This document shows positions 1 to 12,171 of a DNA stretch of 37,362 nucleotides, piece after piece. Location of the stretch: NCBI RefSeq assembly GCF_006345805.1, contig NW_021828056.1:1-37362 (forward strand), written 5' to 3'. Source of the stretch: Octopus sinensis (Eukaryota). Within the stretch, counting starts at the first letter, position 1; each line of letters starts with the position of its first letter. The notes under the pieces were generated by a model. It made no database searches and was not told the origin of the DNA. It saw nothing but the letters and a program-made list of their open reading frames with translations. A program made the translations under genes and the position numbers.

Positions 1-101
1 CTATAATACAAAAAACTACAGTCTCAAACTATAGCACGTGACCGACCAACATCTTGCAAGTGAAATGGTTGATGGAAACTGTGCGATATCGGCCATATTT
101 A

Positions 102-260
102 ATTCTTAGTCGAATGGATCGACCCCAGTACGTATTTCTTTTTTCCTACACCTGGTATTATTCTCTCGGTCCTTTTTGCCGAGCCGCTAGGTACGAAGAC
201 ATAAGGAAAAACCAACACCAATTGTCAAGCGGTAGTAAGGGACGCAAACCACACGCACAC
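102..260 (-). mobile_element. Decayed 3' half of SINE family A
   Basis: Similar to the better-preserved copy at 31152-31330 (TTAGTCGA..ATCGACCCCAG..TATTCT..CGGTC..TTTTGCCGA.CCGCTA..TTGTCAAGCG). Confidence 0.6.
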
Positions 261-427
261 ATTATACGCACATATACATCATACACATAACACGCACATA
301 ATTATATAACATATTATATATATATATTATATATCTATATTATACACATATTATATAATATATATATGCATATATATATACATATATATAATGTATATAT
401 AATATATATGTATATATATATATATTG

Positions 428-513
<86 letters not shown>

Positions 514-519
514 AGGTGT

Positions 520-735
520 GGTGTTGTTTTGTGCTTGTATCCACCATCGTTTAGAACCCGTGGCTGGTTTGTTTATATTCCAGTAACCTAGCAGTTCGGT
601 AAAAGAGAATGGTAGAATCTGTACCAGATATTAAAATTGGGTTGATTTATTCGACTGAAATCCTCCAAGTCCGCAGATGGGTGGACCCAGCATGGCCACA
701 GTCTAAGTGCTGAAACAAGAAAAGATAAAAGACAA
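520..735 (+). mobile_element. Decayed 3' half of SINE family A
   Basis: Motifs GTAACCTAGCAGTTCGG, CCAGCATGGCCACAGTC and CTGAAACAAGAAAAGATAAAAG match the 3' end of copies at 30800-31015 and 33260-33460. Confidence 0.65.
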
Positions 736-1232
736 AAGAACACTAATAACAACAGCAGCGAGACGAGGTGTCTATGTGGTGTGTTATGCCAGCTAGAAAT
801 AGCGACTAAATCTATCTCAGTTATATTTCTTCTGTCTTAATAATGGAGATAAGCAATTACCCCACCGCTGCAGCCAATCACGCCGCCACCATCATATTCC
901 TCCCACATATTACCACTACCCTCATATGCCCATGAGCGATACCACCACCGCCATCATCACACCGTTACTATCAACAATAGAAACATAACCACTGCATCAC
1001 CATCACCAGTACCACCTCCACCATAGTAACTGGCTAATGGAAGGGCCTAAACGTCTCTCTCTTCCTCTTTCTCCACCGGTCTCTCTTCTCTCTCTCTCTC
1101 TCTCTCACTCTCTTCGTTTCTCTCTTTATGTTTCACTCACTTTATCTGTGTGTGTGTATGTGCATACGTACATACATATATATGTGGATATATTTATGAA
1201 TATGTGTATATGTTTGTGTACATGTATATATT

Positions 1233-1268
<36 letters not shown>

Positions 1269-1515
1269 CATATGTATACATATTATATACATGTGTATAT
1301 ACATATGTATATACATATTTATATACCACACACACACACACACACACTATTAAATATATACATGTACACAAACATATACACATATTCATAAATATATCCA
1401 CATATATATGTATGTACGTATGCACATGTGTATATACATATGTATATACATATATATGTGTGCGTTTGTTTTTTATGCAAATATGTATGTACGTACATTT
1501 ATCTGTCTGTCTGCC

Positions 1516-1519
<4 letters not shown>

Positions 1520-1549
<30 letters not shown>

Positions 1550-1708
1550 TGTATGTATGTATGTATGTATGTATGTATGTATGTATGTATGTATGTATGT
1601 ATGTATTTATGTATGTAAGTATGCATGTATGTATGCATGTATGTATGTATGTATGTATGTATGTATGTATGTATGTATTTATGTATGTATGCAAACATGT
1701 ATGTATGT
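1520..1708. repeat. (TATG)n microsatellite in a larger TA/TG/TACA compound tract (about 1085-1720)
   Basis: Directly visible tandem TATG units. Confidence 0.95.
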
Positions 1709-2184
1709 AGAAATCTATATACGACGGGCTCCCTAACAATTTCTACTCACAAATTTCACAATCAATCCAGTCGTGGCTATTTTAGACAGAAAGCAAATTA
1801 TCCAAGGTGAGTGTCGTGCGTAGGGATCGATCCTCCCACCTCATAAACACATGTCAGTTAAGTGAACTTATTAACCACGTTTTGTCCTCTAAGTATTACT
1901 AGTGCCTCTACTTGGAGCCAGCTGTGGGTAATTTCTGCTTTCATGATATATCGTCCGTTATTTCCAGACATTAATTTGTTTTGCCAGCTTATATTTATTG
2001 GCTTGGCCATCGAATATTTCGCACTTTTGATTACCAGACTGACCATTAGGTGGCACTACTGACCGACAGCATTGAATATTTATTAACTTGATCAATCAAA
2101 GTTTATTACCTTTAACCATTAGATATTTATTGTAGCAGTGGTCAGACGTGGATTGCTTTCATCTATTCCAGCGACGACTGCAGA

Positions 2185-3040
2185 CAGCAAAACCACCAAC
2201 GCTGCTACCAATAATATCGTCTCCACATGCAGCCGATACCCTCATTACTACAACCAAAACTACTACTACCGCAACTTGCACCAACCCCTACAACCATCGC
2301 CACCACCACCACTTGCAGCCAAAGCTACCACTAATGTAACCAGTACCACTACAACGACCACACGCGACAAATACATTTACTACTACGACGACCACCAGTA
2401 CTACTGTAACCAACACTACCAGTGGTGCAACCGTCACCACCACCTACAACTGCACCACTACCACCTGCAGCCAACGCTACCACCTCTACTGCAACTAAAA
2501 TCATCGCCTGCAACCAATGCTCTTATTACTACAATCACCACCACCACTACTGTAACCGACACCATCACCCGCACCAACAACACTATCACCACTACTACAA
2601 TCACCCCTACCACCTCCACCACCGCCAAACAAAATTACCACCACTGCAACCAACACCACAACTGCTGCAACATAATCCACCACTATTGGGAACCAACACC
2701 ACTACTAATACCAATATCATCACTACTACATTCGCTACCTCCACCACCACCACCATCATCATCATTCGCAAAACTACTACCACTGCAACCAACACTATCA
2801 TTGTCGAAGCCAATGACATCCCCAAAACATTCACCTCCACTACCACCACCATTCACACACCAACACCACTACTACTAACACCAACACCAGCGCTACAATG
2901 ATTTGAGTGAACACTACCACTACTACCACCAACATTACCAATGTTACCAATGCTACCACCATCGCCATCAACACCAGTCCAAATAACGTTAGCAGCAGCA
3001 ATAAACATCCACACCGCCACCACCACCACAATAATACCAC
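2185..3040. repeat. Degenerate CAC/ACT/AAC trinucleotide low-complexity tract
   Basis: Cryptically simple ACC/ACT/AAC runs that explain the Thr/Pro/His-rich ORFs in all frames. Confidence 0.85.
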
Positions 3041-3349
3041 TGGTACTCCGTCGGTTACGACGAGTGGGGTTCAAGTTGATCCGACCAATGGAACAGGTTA
3101 CTCGTGAAATTAAAGTGAAATTAGCTGAGTACTCCACAGACAGTTCTCAGGGAGGTTCAATATGATACAAGAACGTAACAAAGCTGGCCCCTTTGAATTA
3201 CAGGTACGACTCATTTTTGCCAGCTGAGAAGAGTGGAGCAACATGAAATAAAGCATCTTGCTCAAAGGCACAACTCACAGCCGAGAGTCGGACTCACAAC
3301 CTTACGGCGGTGAGCTGAATACCCTAACCACTAAGCCACGCACCTTCAC
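3041..3349 (-). mobile_element. tRNA-headed SINE (family D) with conserved central domain
   Basis: Minus strand starts GTGAAGGTGCGTGGCTTAGTGGTTAGG (A-box-like), then has a decayed B-box GTGAGTCCGACTC, followed by CCTTTGAGCAAGATGCTTT..TGCTCCACT..CAGCTGGCAAAAATGAGT. This resembles Deu/Nin-type SINE central domains, recalled from memory. Confidence 0.7.
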
Positions 3350-3605
3350 TACACTAATAGCAACGAGCAGGAATAAGAGAGTTTCTACATAGTTGTTTCA
3401 ACCTTCTAGAAACAACAGCCAGATCTCCCTCAAACCACAGCCTGCAATCTCACATGAGGACAGGACACATCAGCTAATACAGTCCTACATACAGGATGGT
3501 CATGGGCTGGAATGCTTTCCATAATGAATTTGCTCCATCAGAGCTGCCGTAGGTGAAACGACGGTAAAGTAATCATCAGCATTCCCACATCTACAACTGC
3601 TGCAG

Positions 3606-3663
<58 letters not shown>

Positions 3664-3821
3664 CACTACTACTTCTACTACTACTACTACTACTACTTAG
3701 TAATAGTAATATCAAACAACAACAACACCAATAATAATAGTAATAATAATAATCCTTTCTACTAAACACGTATAAGGTCTGAACCAGGAATAAGAAAGAT
3801 CGATGCAGTACCAAGTACTGG

Positions 3822-4323
3822 TTCTCATGGCTTCTCATCTTAACTGATTGGAAGTGTTATCATGTACATTGTTTTGTCTTGGTATAAAAGATGAGCTACA
3901 GCAAATATTCTGCTCAGTACTACAGATTTGCTTGTCAGTTGTTTGACCTTAACCTAGTTAGGCATGTCCTTTGTGGCTGACGATATGTGCATCTCTGATC
4001 AAGAGCAGAAATAGTAGGGAAGCATAATAACCGTGTGTTGAGAGGAATTTTTTGGAGTTTGAATAATTCCCCTCTGAAAACATGGGTCCTTTGTTCAACA
4101 TCCTTAAGCAACCCTTATTCAAGGACCGTTTGAGCGGAATGGGCTACTCAACCTGACAAAAATTCTAACTGGGCCCCACCTGCAAGGTCATGTGCTGTTT
4201 ATTTTGATATAAGATCACTATGTCTTGAACATATCAGACGGGTAGTCATGATGAGTATATTGGGTTTCGTAGATTTCTACCCCAGTGTTACTTTGATGGC
4301 ATTTGCTGCTCTCTCACCCAATA
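3822..4323. repeat. Interspersed repeat of unknown class
   Basis: Complex non-coding block I recall as highly abundant in Octopus assemblies (ACTGATTGGAAGTGTTATCATGTACATTGTTTTGTCTTGG...GGGCCCCACCTGCAAGGTCATG). Only one copy is present here, so repetitiveness is not shown by this window. Confidence 0.45.
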
Positions 4324-4599
4324 AAAGTAATATCATCACCATTAGTAATAAACACTACTAGCAATAACATCAAGACTATCCCCATTACTACGAACAACAT
4401 TATCACCATTACAGCTATTGCCTTAAGTATTACCATTCTCTACACCATCATTCTTTATACCAGCATCACCACTGCCACTAGTAACATCAATACCACAACC
4501 ACCGCCATTTATACCACTGTTACTGCAAGCGATAACAACAGCACGACCAACATTAAACACTAAAACCAACATTAATACAACCACCACCACGTCACTATC

Positions 4600-4862
4600 A
4601 ACCACCACCACCACTACAATCACCATCACCATCACCACCACCACTACAATCATTGTCACTATCACCACCACCACCACCACCACTACAATCATTGTCACTA
4701 TCACCATCACCACCACCACTACAATCACCATCACCATCACCACCATCACCACCACCACTACAATCATTGTCACTATCACCATCACCACCACCACTACAAT
4801 CACCATCACCATCACCACCATCACCACCACCACTACAATCATTGTCACTATCACTACTATTA
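4600..4862. repeat. Minisatellite with a 75-bp higher-order unit (36-bp + 39-bp subunits built from CAC/CAT/TAC triplets)
   Basis: Minus-strand translation repeats the 25-residue unit MVIVTMIVVVVVMVVMVMVIVVVVV twice exactly, with partial copies either side. Confidence 0.85.
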
Positions 4863-4873
4863 CCATCTTGCAG

Positions 4874-5385
4874 GGTGGCTTGTACCGAGACGATAGGTTA
4901 ATAATTTGTACCGTTATGAACGTACATACTTTAGATTTACAAAATACTTCATATTTACATTTAAAGAATTAAATTACAGTTGATCATAATCACAGTTTTG
5001 CGAATATTTGGAATGTCACTTTAAAATCAGCGATGCTAATGATATTATATTTGCATAGAAAAACCAGCGAAACATTACCGTCATTCTGTATGACCCCGAA
5101 CCACTCAGTTTCGATGAGACATCAGCAAACGAATAACGTCTTTCTCTTTTGGTAAGGCCTTTGTTTTACATACTGCAGTATACCAATATATGGAAGCATT
5201 CAACGAAAGTGGTTTTACTGGAGCAGTATATTACATAAAAGAAGATACCAATGTTCAGAGTAATGCTATGGGTTAATCCAAACTTTATTTTATTTAAACG
5301 TTCCCATATTGCACGGAGCATTTGGTATCGTTACCTGAGCTCAAACATTACAAATACCATAAGTTCCCAAATGAAAACATATTTA
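4874..5385 (+). pseudogene. Decayed Penelope-like element RT C-terminal half and linker
   Basis: Reads GGLYRDD at 4874-4894, ITVDHNHSFANIWNVTL (cf. KITI..N...VNFLDVTL), YQYMEAFNESGF and VMLWVNPNF (cf. IIWFNPPF). Motif order matches PLE RTs; stops and frameshifts present. Confidence 0.6.
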
Positions 5386-5822
5386 TGCATATATACATGT
5401 ATATGCCTATGTATGTGTGCGCATGCATATATGTGTATCTATGTGTAAAGGAACAAAGAATTATGCAAACCAGAACAGAAAGTGCACTGTTGGACAGCTG
5501 TATTCTATTTGTTTAAGATAAAACGTCATTAAACGCTAATCCTAGCTTCATCTTGCCAGTCTTGATATATACGAATAGGAATCCTTATATTATCTTCATG
5601 TGCACAAACTCTCACACACACATGCTTGTACGTATGTATATACATACATACATACATGTAAAACCGAGAGGATGGGAAAAGTTTTGGGTATTATTTATTC
5701 ACCATTATACATGTTTCATTTACTGATAGGAATTACAAATTTATACATGTAGGAAAAACATGTAAGATATCTCCTGTCAGAAATTCTTCAGACAGAGAAT
5801 CAAATAATATATAAATGCATCT

Positions 5823-5874
<52 letters not shown>

Positions 5875-6200
5875 TGTGCGTGCGTATGTGTGCGTTCAAT
5901 GCTTTGCCAAAACATTTGAGGGATATTCATGGAGGATGGGTATGTTTTCAAGAAGCAACTTGAGTCCCTGGGGTGCATTTAAACCTATATCACGGCAGGA
6001 AACTCAAAAGAGAGCAGCGGTGTTAAACTTCCTCTTTCACCAAAAGACAATAGCATAGGGATGGCCATTCAAAAGACGACTACACTCGTGATGCCCCAGC
6101 ATGGCAAGGGCATTTGGGCTGAAACGTATGAAAGAATATGCTTTTTACTCACTCGGTCGTCAAGCGATGGTGGGGCGACAAACACAGACACACAAATACA

Positions 6201-6529
6201 TTTCTGGAACCACTGTTGACACCGGCTTATGATTATTGTCCGATCTCCATATACTGCATTAATATTCCTCGCACTTTCTGTTGCATTGTTGCCTTTATTG
6301 AACTCATAAAGCAAAATATGCCAAGTATGCTCCTTTGTCACTTCTATTATAGCTTTGAAAAAATAACTGTTAAAATCGAACTGCACTCTTCAAAACTTGC
6401 ACAAAGAATAATGACAAGGTAAAGTTACTACCTGCTTTTATAGCAAGTTGATGCAGGTAGTTTATCCCGTCCCCCTCCAAGTTCATGCGATTGAAAACAA
6501 AACGGCATTATTTATGGCATGACCCAATA
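6201..6529 (-). mobile_element. Mariner-type DNA transposon 5' end: TIR, 5' UTR and truncated transposase N-terminal HTH
   Basis: Minus strand begins TA+TTGGGTCATGCCATAAATAATGCCG (mariner-like TIR). 6347-6201 encodes IEVTKEHTWHILLYEFNKGNNATESARNINAVYGDRTIIISRCQQWFQK, a typical Mos1/SETMAR-type HTH. The start codon appears mutated to ATA and the sequence is truncated at about 6200. Confidence 0.85.
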
Positions 6530-6638
6530 CACACAAACATATATATATATATATAGATAGATATACATGAAGAAATAGTTATAAATTTCAAAAAACAACC
6601 ACAGAGTTGTATCTACTGTTTAAATTGGATTTGGTACT

Positions 6639-6677
<39 letters not shown>

Positions 6678-6839
6678 GATAGATATAGATATATAATATA
6701 TATATAGATAGATAGATAGATAGATAGATAGATTATAGATAGATAGATAGATAGATAGATATACAATATAACACACATAAACACGCACATATACATACAT
6801 ACATACATACATACATACATACATACATACATACATACA

Positions 6840-6870
<31 letters not shown>

Positions 6871-7233
6871 TCAAGCATTTCTTACAATATACGAAGTATT
6901 TTGGTTACGAAAAACGCACTTCAGAGAAAAATTCATCTCTGAAGAAGCCTCTCTATAGCCGAAGCAATTTACAAGTTTTAAGACACGATTAAATATGCGC
7001 TGTATGCTCTGCATTTAACACCGAATTATTTTTTCAATTGCTGATTTCCTGGTCAAAGTATTACGTTCCCTGAGGTGTGTATATATATATGTGTGTGTAT
7101 GTGTCTGTGTGTGTTGTGTTCGTAAGTACGCGTGCGCGTTATGTGTGTGTTTGTGTGGGGGGCATATATAGATAGACAGGTAGATAGAGTGATAGATAGA
7201 TAAATCAAACAACACACTATGTGAAATATAGAT

Positions 7234-7276
<43 letters not shown>

Positions 7277-7429
7277 ATATATATATATCATATATACATA
7301 TACATATATATATAGATATACAGACATACATACACACAGACCCACACGTACTCATGTATGTATGTATGTATGTAGGTATGTATGTATCTATGTATGTATG
7401 TATGTATGTGTGTATGTATGAGTGTGTGT

Positions 7430-7466
<37 letters not shown>

Positions 7467-7801
7467 GTTATTTGTTCGGTGTTTGTATTTTGTGTACTAC
7501 AACTCCTACAGTTGTATATAAAGTTTGAAAATAACTGCCACTGGAACAACAGAAGTATGGAAACATTGGAGATTCTTTCATAAATTATTGATGAGAGTTT
7601 TACGTAAAATTCTCCCAAGTCTCTCTCGCCAAAGCTGCCAGTGACAGCTTTGGACTGCTGCCAACAGATGGAGCTGGAGTCTGGTTAGAGATATATGATG
7701 TAGAGGAATAGGATGAGAAATAAGAACAGACGAGGGAAGAGAATTTCGTTAAGAGAAATAGAGTGCAGCAGGTATATATAAAACAGGGGAGGGGAAAGAA
7801 C

Positions 7802-7846
<45 letters not shown>

Positions 7847-8153
7847 CGGGGAAGAGAATTAGTGTGATAAAAGAAAAAAAAGTGTAATATGTGCGATAGA
7901 GTTCTAAAGATTTCCAAAACGTGAAGTATCTCGAGTGTCTTGAGAGAATCATTGAGGAATGAAGTGAGAATAGATGTATAGACAGAAAGATGGAGAGATA
8001 GTCAGTCAGACAAACAGACAGACAGATAGATAGATAGCATAATTGATAGATAGATAATTTTGTTTGCGTATGCATGTGTATGTTCATGCATGCATGTATA
8101 TACGCACACACATACACAAACACACACATACACACATACATATAAATTATCTG

Positions 8154-8185
<32 letters not shown>

Positions 8186-8229
8186 CATATATATACACAC
8201 ATACATACATATATATATATGATAAAATG

Positions 8230-9437
8230 GAGTAGTTTTGGTGATGCATTGTGTGGTATTACATGAAAGTGACTTATTGAGTAAGGCAGGAGCAATGTAA
8301 GAAGATATCGAGAAGATGGGTTGTGACCCCTTCTTCAGGTCATTTGGGCAAACGAAGAATAGGAAAAGGTCGTTGCTCAGAGGTGTGGGGTAAGGGGGGA
8401 GGAAGGTTACAAGTACAGACTGGTGTTCCAAGTAACCAATCTGCCTCAAGTAGCTCTTTTCTGTTATTTTATGACTGGTCTCAGTTCGTTGACAAGGAGG
8501 GGATCCATGATACGGATATTGCCTCTATTGCGTTGAGTGGCCCTGAGTGATACCTTAAAATCCTGGGTCAGGCAGTTTTGTAGGTGATTTTATTTTTCAT
8601 TGAAGTGTCCCTGCAGATACGTTGATTCGAACGTGCAGTTTCCTGATATATACCTCGCACTAACTGCAGACTACTTCGTATACCACGAAGGCCTTCAAGC
8701 ACATGTTGAAGTCGTTGATGGAATAATTAGTTAGTGTGCACTCATCTGTGGTATTATTTCTAAACAGAAATTTCCTCGAGGAGGACTGGTGTAATAGCAA
8801 CGGTTTTTGTCATCGAGGTAGGCTACTTTAAGTTATTACATGTCATACATGCAAGTATAGACCCTTTTATGCGCTTTACTCATTTTAATTTTGTTTAATT
8901 GCGTTCGTTTGCCTATCGATGGTAAGCTGTTTTGCATTAAGTTCTTAAAGAACCGTTTGGTGTTGGAAGCTTTGTCAGTTGTCGCTTATGCGTGCAATTT
9001 CGTTTTGCATCCATGCGACTCCAGCTCTGGCGAGCAGGGCTGACTCGCAGTGCACAAACAGGTTCTTACTGGCAGCTTCCCTATAAAAGTTAATGGAACC
9101 GTTCTCATAAATCCTGAGTGGGAAATGAAGTAGGGAGTTGTTCCGGACTCTTCCAGGTGTACTATTTTAAATTTTATATGCTTGTCAACGTTGCTGGATC
9201 TCCGGTGTAAGTCGATTGCCTTCTTTCGGGAGGAGGTGAGCATCAGGATATCGTCAAGAGTGGCAGGTGCTAAGCGCCGGGTAATAAATGTACATGATGG
9301 TTAGCAGGCCTTAGAGGCTAGATACCATCGGCTGATCTGAGATTTGCTTGTAGAGTACGCCGTCGTACTGGAAGTAGCTGTTACAGAAGATGATGTTTAA
9401 TAGTTCTCGGATATCCGAGGTTGTAAGACTGAAACTA
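8230..9437 (-). mobile_element. 5'-truncated, decayed Penelope-like retroelement (RT plus GIY-YIG endonuclease)
   Basis: Minus strand reads DIRELLNIIFCNSYFQYDGVLYKQISDQPMVSSL*GLLTIMY (RT motif, about 9420-9290), DDILMLT at 9255, HIKFKIVHLEESGTTPYF (thumb) and CLKAFVVYEVVCS*CEVYIRKLHVRIN (GIY-YIG, about 8700-8620). Multiple stops and frameshifts. Confidence 0.85.
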
Positions 9438-9439
9438 TA

Positions 9440-9688
9440 CACGAGACATCCGCATGAGATTGAACATGCATACAGTTCTACCAATTACAATTGGGGTCAC
9501 TTTTCAAAAGTCTTCGTTTTGGCGCGCCAAACTACCGGAAATAATTCTGCAGAAAATAATTCTCTGCAGTGAATTTTGCCGGTTAGAGAACATAGCTTTT
9601 TAATTTAAATTTAAAATAAGGGTGAAAATGACCCCAATTTTAATTGGTAGAACTGTATACATGTTTAATCTCAGGCGAACATCTCGTG
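9440..9688. mobile_element. MITE, Tc1/mariner superfamily (249 bp, about 66-bp TIRs, TA target duplication)
   Basis: 9440-9506 and 9623-9688 are imperfect reverse complements (CACGAG...GAGATT.AACATG.ATACAGTTCTACCAATTA.AATTGGGGTCA). TA lies at 9438-39 and 9689-90. Confidence 0.85.
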
Positions 9689-9719
9689 TATTGTTCTGAA
9701 AATTATATTTGCAAAGACG

Positions 9720-9791
9720 ATCACACTGATGAGTTGCGGATAATTACGTAAATGATTACGTAAGCGTTAACAACGAAACTTAGTTTGTGAT
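9720..9791 (+). ncRNA. Type I hammerhead ribozyme motif
   Basis: ATCACA-CTGATGA-GTTG..CAAC-GAAAC-TTA-GT-T-TGTGAT: 6-bp stem I, intact core, stem II closed by 4 bp, 2-bp stem III and a GUU cleavage triplet. Confidence 0.7.
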
Positions 9792-10658
9792 TAATCTGTA
9801 TTTTGTATATTTTCACTTGTCTCGGTCGCTTACGTTCTGGCGTTTGCTAAATTTTCTTAAGAACATTCCTTTCTTAGTAGTAAGACCATAGCGGATGTTC
9901 TTCTAGCATAATGGTTGTCCACTTACAGGTCATCTCCTTATAATATATATATATATATATTATATCTATATATATATATATTTATATCTATAATATATAT
10001 ATATATTATAACGGGAAGCTTTATGAAAATAGACAAAGACGAAGGCAGGTTTACGGAAATAACAAAGACGAAGGCAGGTGGAATACAAACAAACATTGTA
10101 TTAGTATGGCGCTCAGGAAATATATATATATATATATATATTATAAATAATATTTATATATATAGAGGGCATATTTACACATTAAGTGCCACACGCTAGG
10201 GTCTCTTAAAGTCAAAAAAATAAATATCTATTTAAGTGAAAAAAATTGATGGATTTTTTCTCTTATGAGGTTTTTCACGCTAAATACTTGATAAATTCTT
10301 ATGAAGATTTTATCCTATTTTTAAATTACACACACACACACACACATATGTATATATATATATATATAGACACAAAAAAAATATACGTACATTTGTGTGC
10401 GTGTGTGTGTGTGAGTGAGTGTGCGTATGTGTGTGTTAGATATATATATATATATACACTACGACGATGGGTTTGCCGGTCGAAACTTCAAAGTTACTGT
10501 CAATAATATTCTTGTTTAAGAATAATAATTTTGTACTCTGTAAATGTGTAAGTACCGTGGGATTGATTTGAAATTGTTCTTATGATAACAGAACTTAAAA
10601 ACAAACATTTGATATATATATATATATATATATCGTATAATATATATTATATTATATG

Positions 10659-10689
<31 letters not shown>

Positions 10690-10989
10690 TGTGTGTAGAA
10701 GATCGAAAAAGGAACACACGAGTTGATATATATGGAAAAAGGTCAAGGTAGAGAATGCTAAAATAATTTTATAAAAATACTTTCTGTACCGGTTTCAGTC
10801 ATTGAGACTTTTTCAACTGTAAGAATGGAAAGCAATTAAATTTTGGAAAAATGAAAAGAAAAGTTTTTTAAAAGAATATTTGTATAGTATTCAAATACGA
10901 AGGGCATTTTCCTTGTTTCTGCCTGTCTCTGTCTCTCTTATTTACTCTTGTGGATTCAAATACATATATATATATATATATATATAATA

Positions 10990-11503
10990 ACAAAGGGTAA
11001 AATTAATTAATTAAGAAGCAATCAGTAATTTCATTTCACCAAGTAGAATTCGGCATGGAAAAAGACCATTTCATGGGAAGCTTAAGTAATATTTTATAAT
11101 TAGGGTTCAGCAAAGATTTGCTTCACCACATACCGAAGTTTAGAAATAGCAGTCAAAAAATCTTAGCTATTCCTTCTACTTTAAAAGGGACTCCCAGAAA
11201 ACCCAAAGTACTTGAAAACAATCCACGCAGGCAAAGGGGGAAAATAACGAAAATCAATCGATATTAGGTTACCCACGTACGCGCGTTTCGGAATTAGATC
11301 GGTACAAAGAATAAAGAATTATACTTTACCCGACCATTTTCGACTCATCAGCGTGGGATTCCTCGAATATTAAATATTAAATTCGAAGGCACTGGAAAAT
11401 ATCTCTCCACCTAACAGTAGAAGGAATAGCTAAGATTTTTTGACTGCTATTTCTAAACTTCGGTATGTGGTGAAGCAAATATTTGCTGAACCCTAATTAT
11501 AAA
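10990..11503 (-). mobile_element. Non-coding hammerhead-bearing element with an inverted terminal duplication (Penelope pLTR-like)
   Basis: 88-bp inverted arms at 11093-11180 and 11416-11503 (one mismatch) enclose a 235-bp spacer containing the hammerhead. Arm and tail are homologous to 29656-29930. Confidence 0.7.
11272..11357 (-). ncRNA. Type I hammerhead ribozyme motif
   Basis: Minus strand CCCACG-CTGATGA-G..(long imperfect stem II incl. GGTCGG/CCGATC)..C-GAAAC-GCGC-GT-A-CGTGGG. Perfect 6-bp stem I, intact core, palindromic ACGCGCGT stem III, GUA triplet; predicted cut between 11278 and 11277. Confidence 0.75.
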
Positions 11504-11824
11504 GTATATATATATATATATATATATATAAGATATATATATATATAATATATTATAATATAATATATATAATGGAAGTATAAAAGCCATCTCAATATGG
11601 CTAACCACAAAGTGGGGGTTTACTGTAGCTTTTTAGCCCAGGAGATCATCGTCTCCAGCTGGCTTTAGACACCCTTTCAGTGTCCTTGAAGTATTTGCAA
11701 AGGGAGGCCATCCCTTCCTCGCAAGCACGGACCGGTTACGAGATTATTGTCTCTTATCAACGGGCGGTAACCACCAGGTCACGATGAAAGACAAGGCCTG
11801 CTTTGCAAATATATAAGGCCTTTT

Positions 11825-12060
11825 GAGGAATTTGGTAGACGCAAACTGTGTAGAAGACAGTCGTGTCTGTGCTTGTTTTTGTTTTCCACCACTATTTGAC
11901 AACGGGTGCTGGCTTGTTTACATCCACCGTGACTTAGCGGTTGTGTACAAGTGACGATAGAATCAGCGCAAGACTATAAGTGCCAGTGACGATTCGGTCG
12001 ACCAAAGCCTTCATGGCGGTACCCCGTTATAGCCGCTGTATAACGAGTAAAAGACAAAAG
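11825..12060 (+). mobile_element. Decayed SINE family A copy (mid and 3' part)
   Basis: TTTGGTAGACGCAAACTG, TTGACAAC.GGTGCTGG and GACTTAGCGGTT match family A copies at 30640-31015 and 32711-33460. Confidence 0.65.
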
Positions 12061-12171
12061 ACTTATACAACATAAATGCATTTCTGAATATCTTATCGCC
12101 AACCTTTTAGGACTAATTTTTCAGTGATAAATTATAAACTCGTATTATAAACCAATCTTGGTTGACTTATA

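Noticed and set aside
5089-5130. Hammerhead-like CTGATG..CATC-GAAAC on the minus strand
   Set aside because: A9 is missing, H17 would be G and there is no stem I; it lies inside the decayed PLE coding region.
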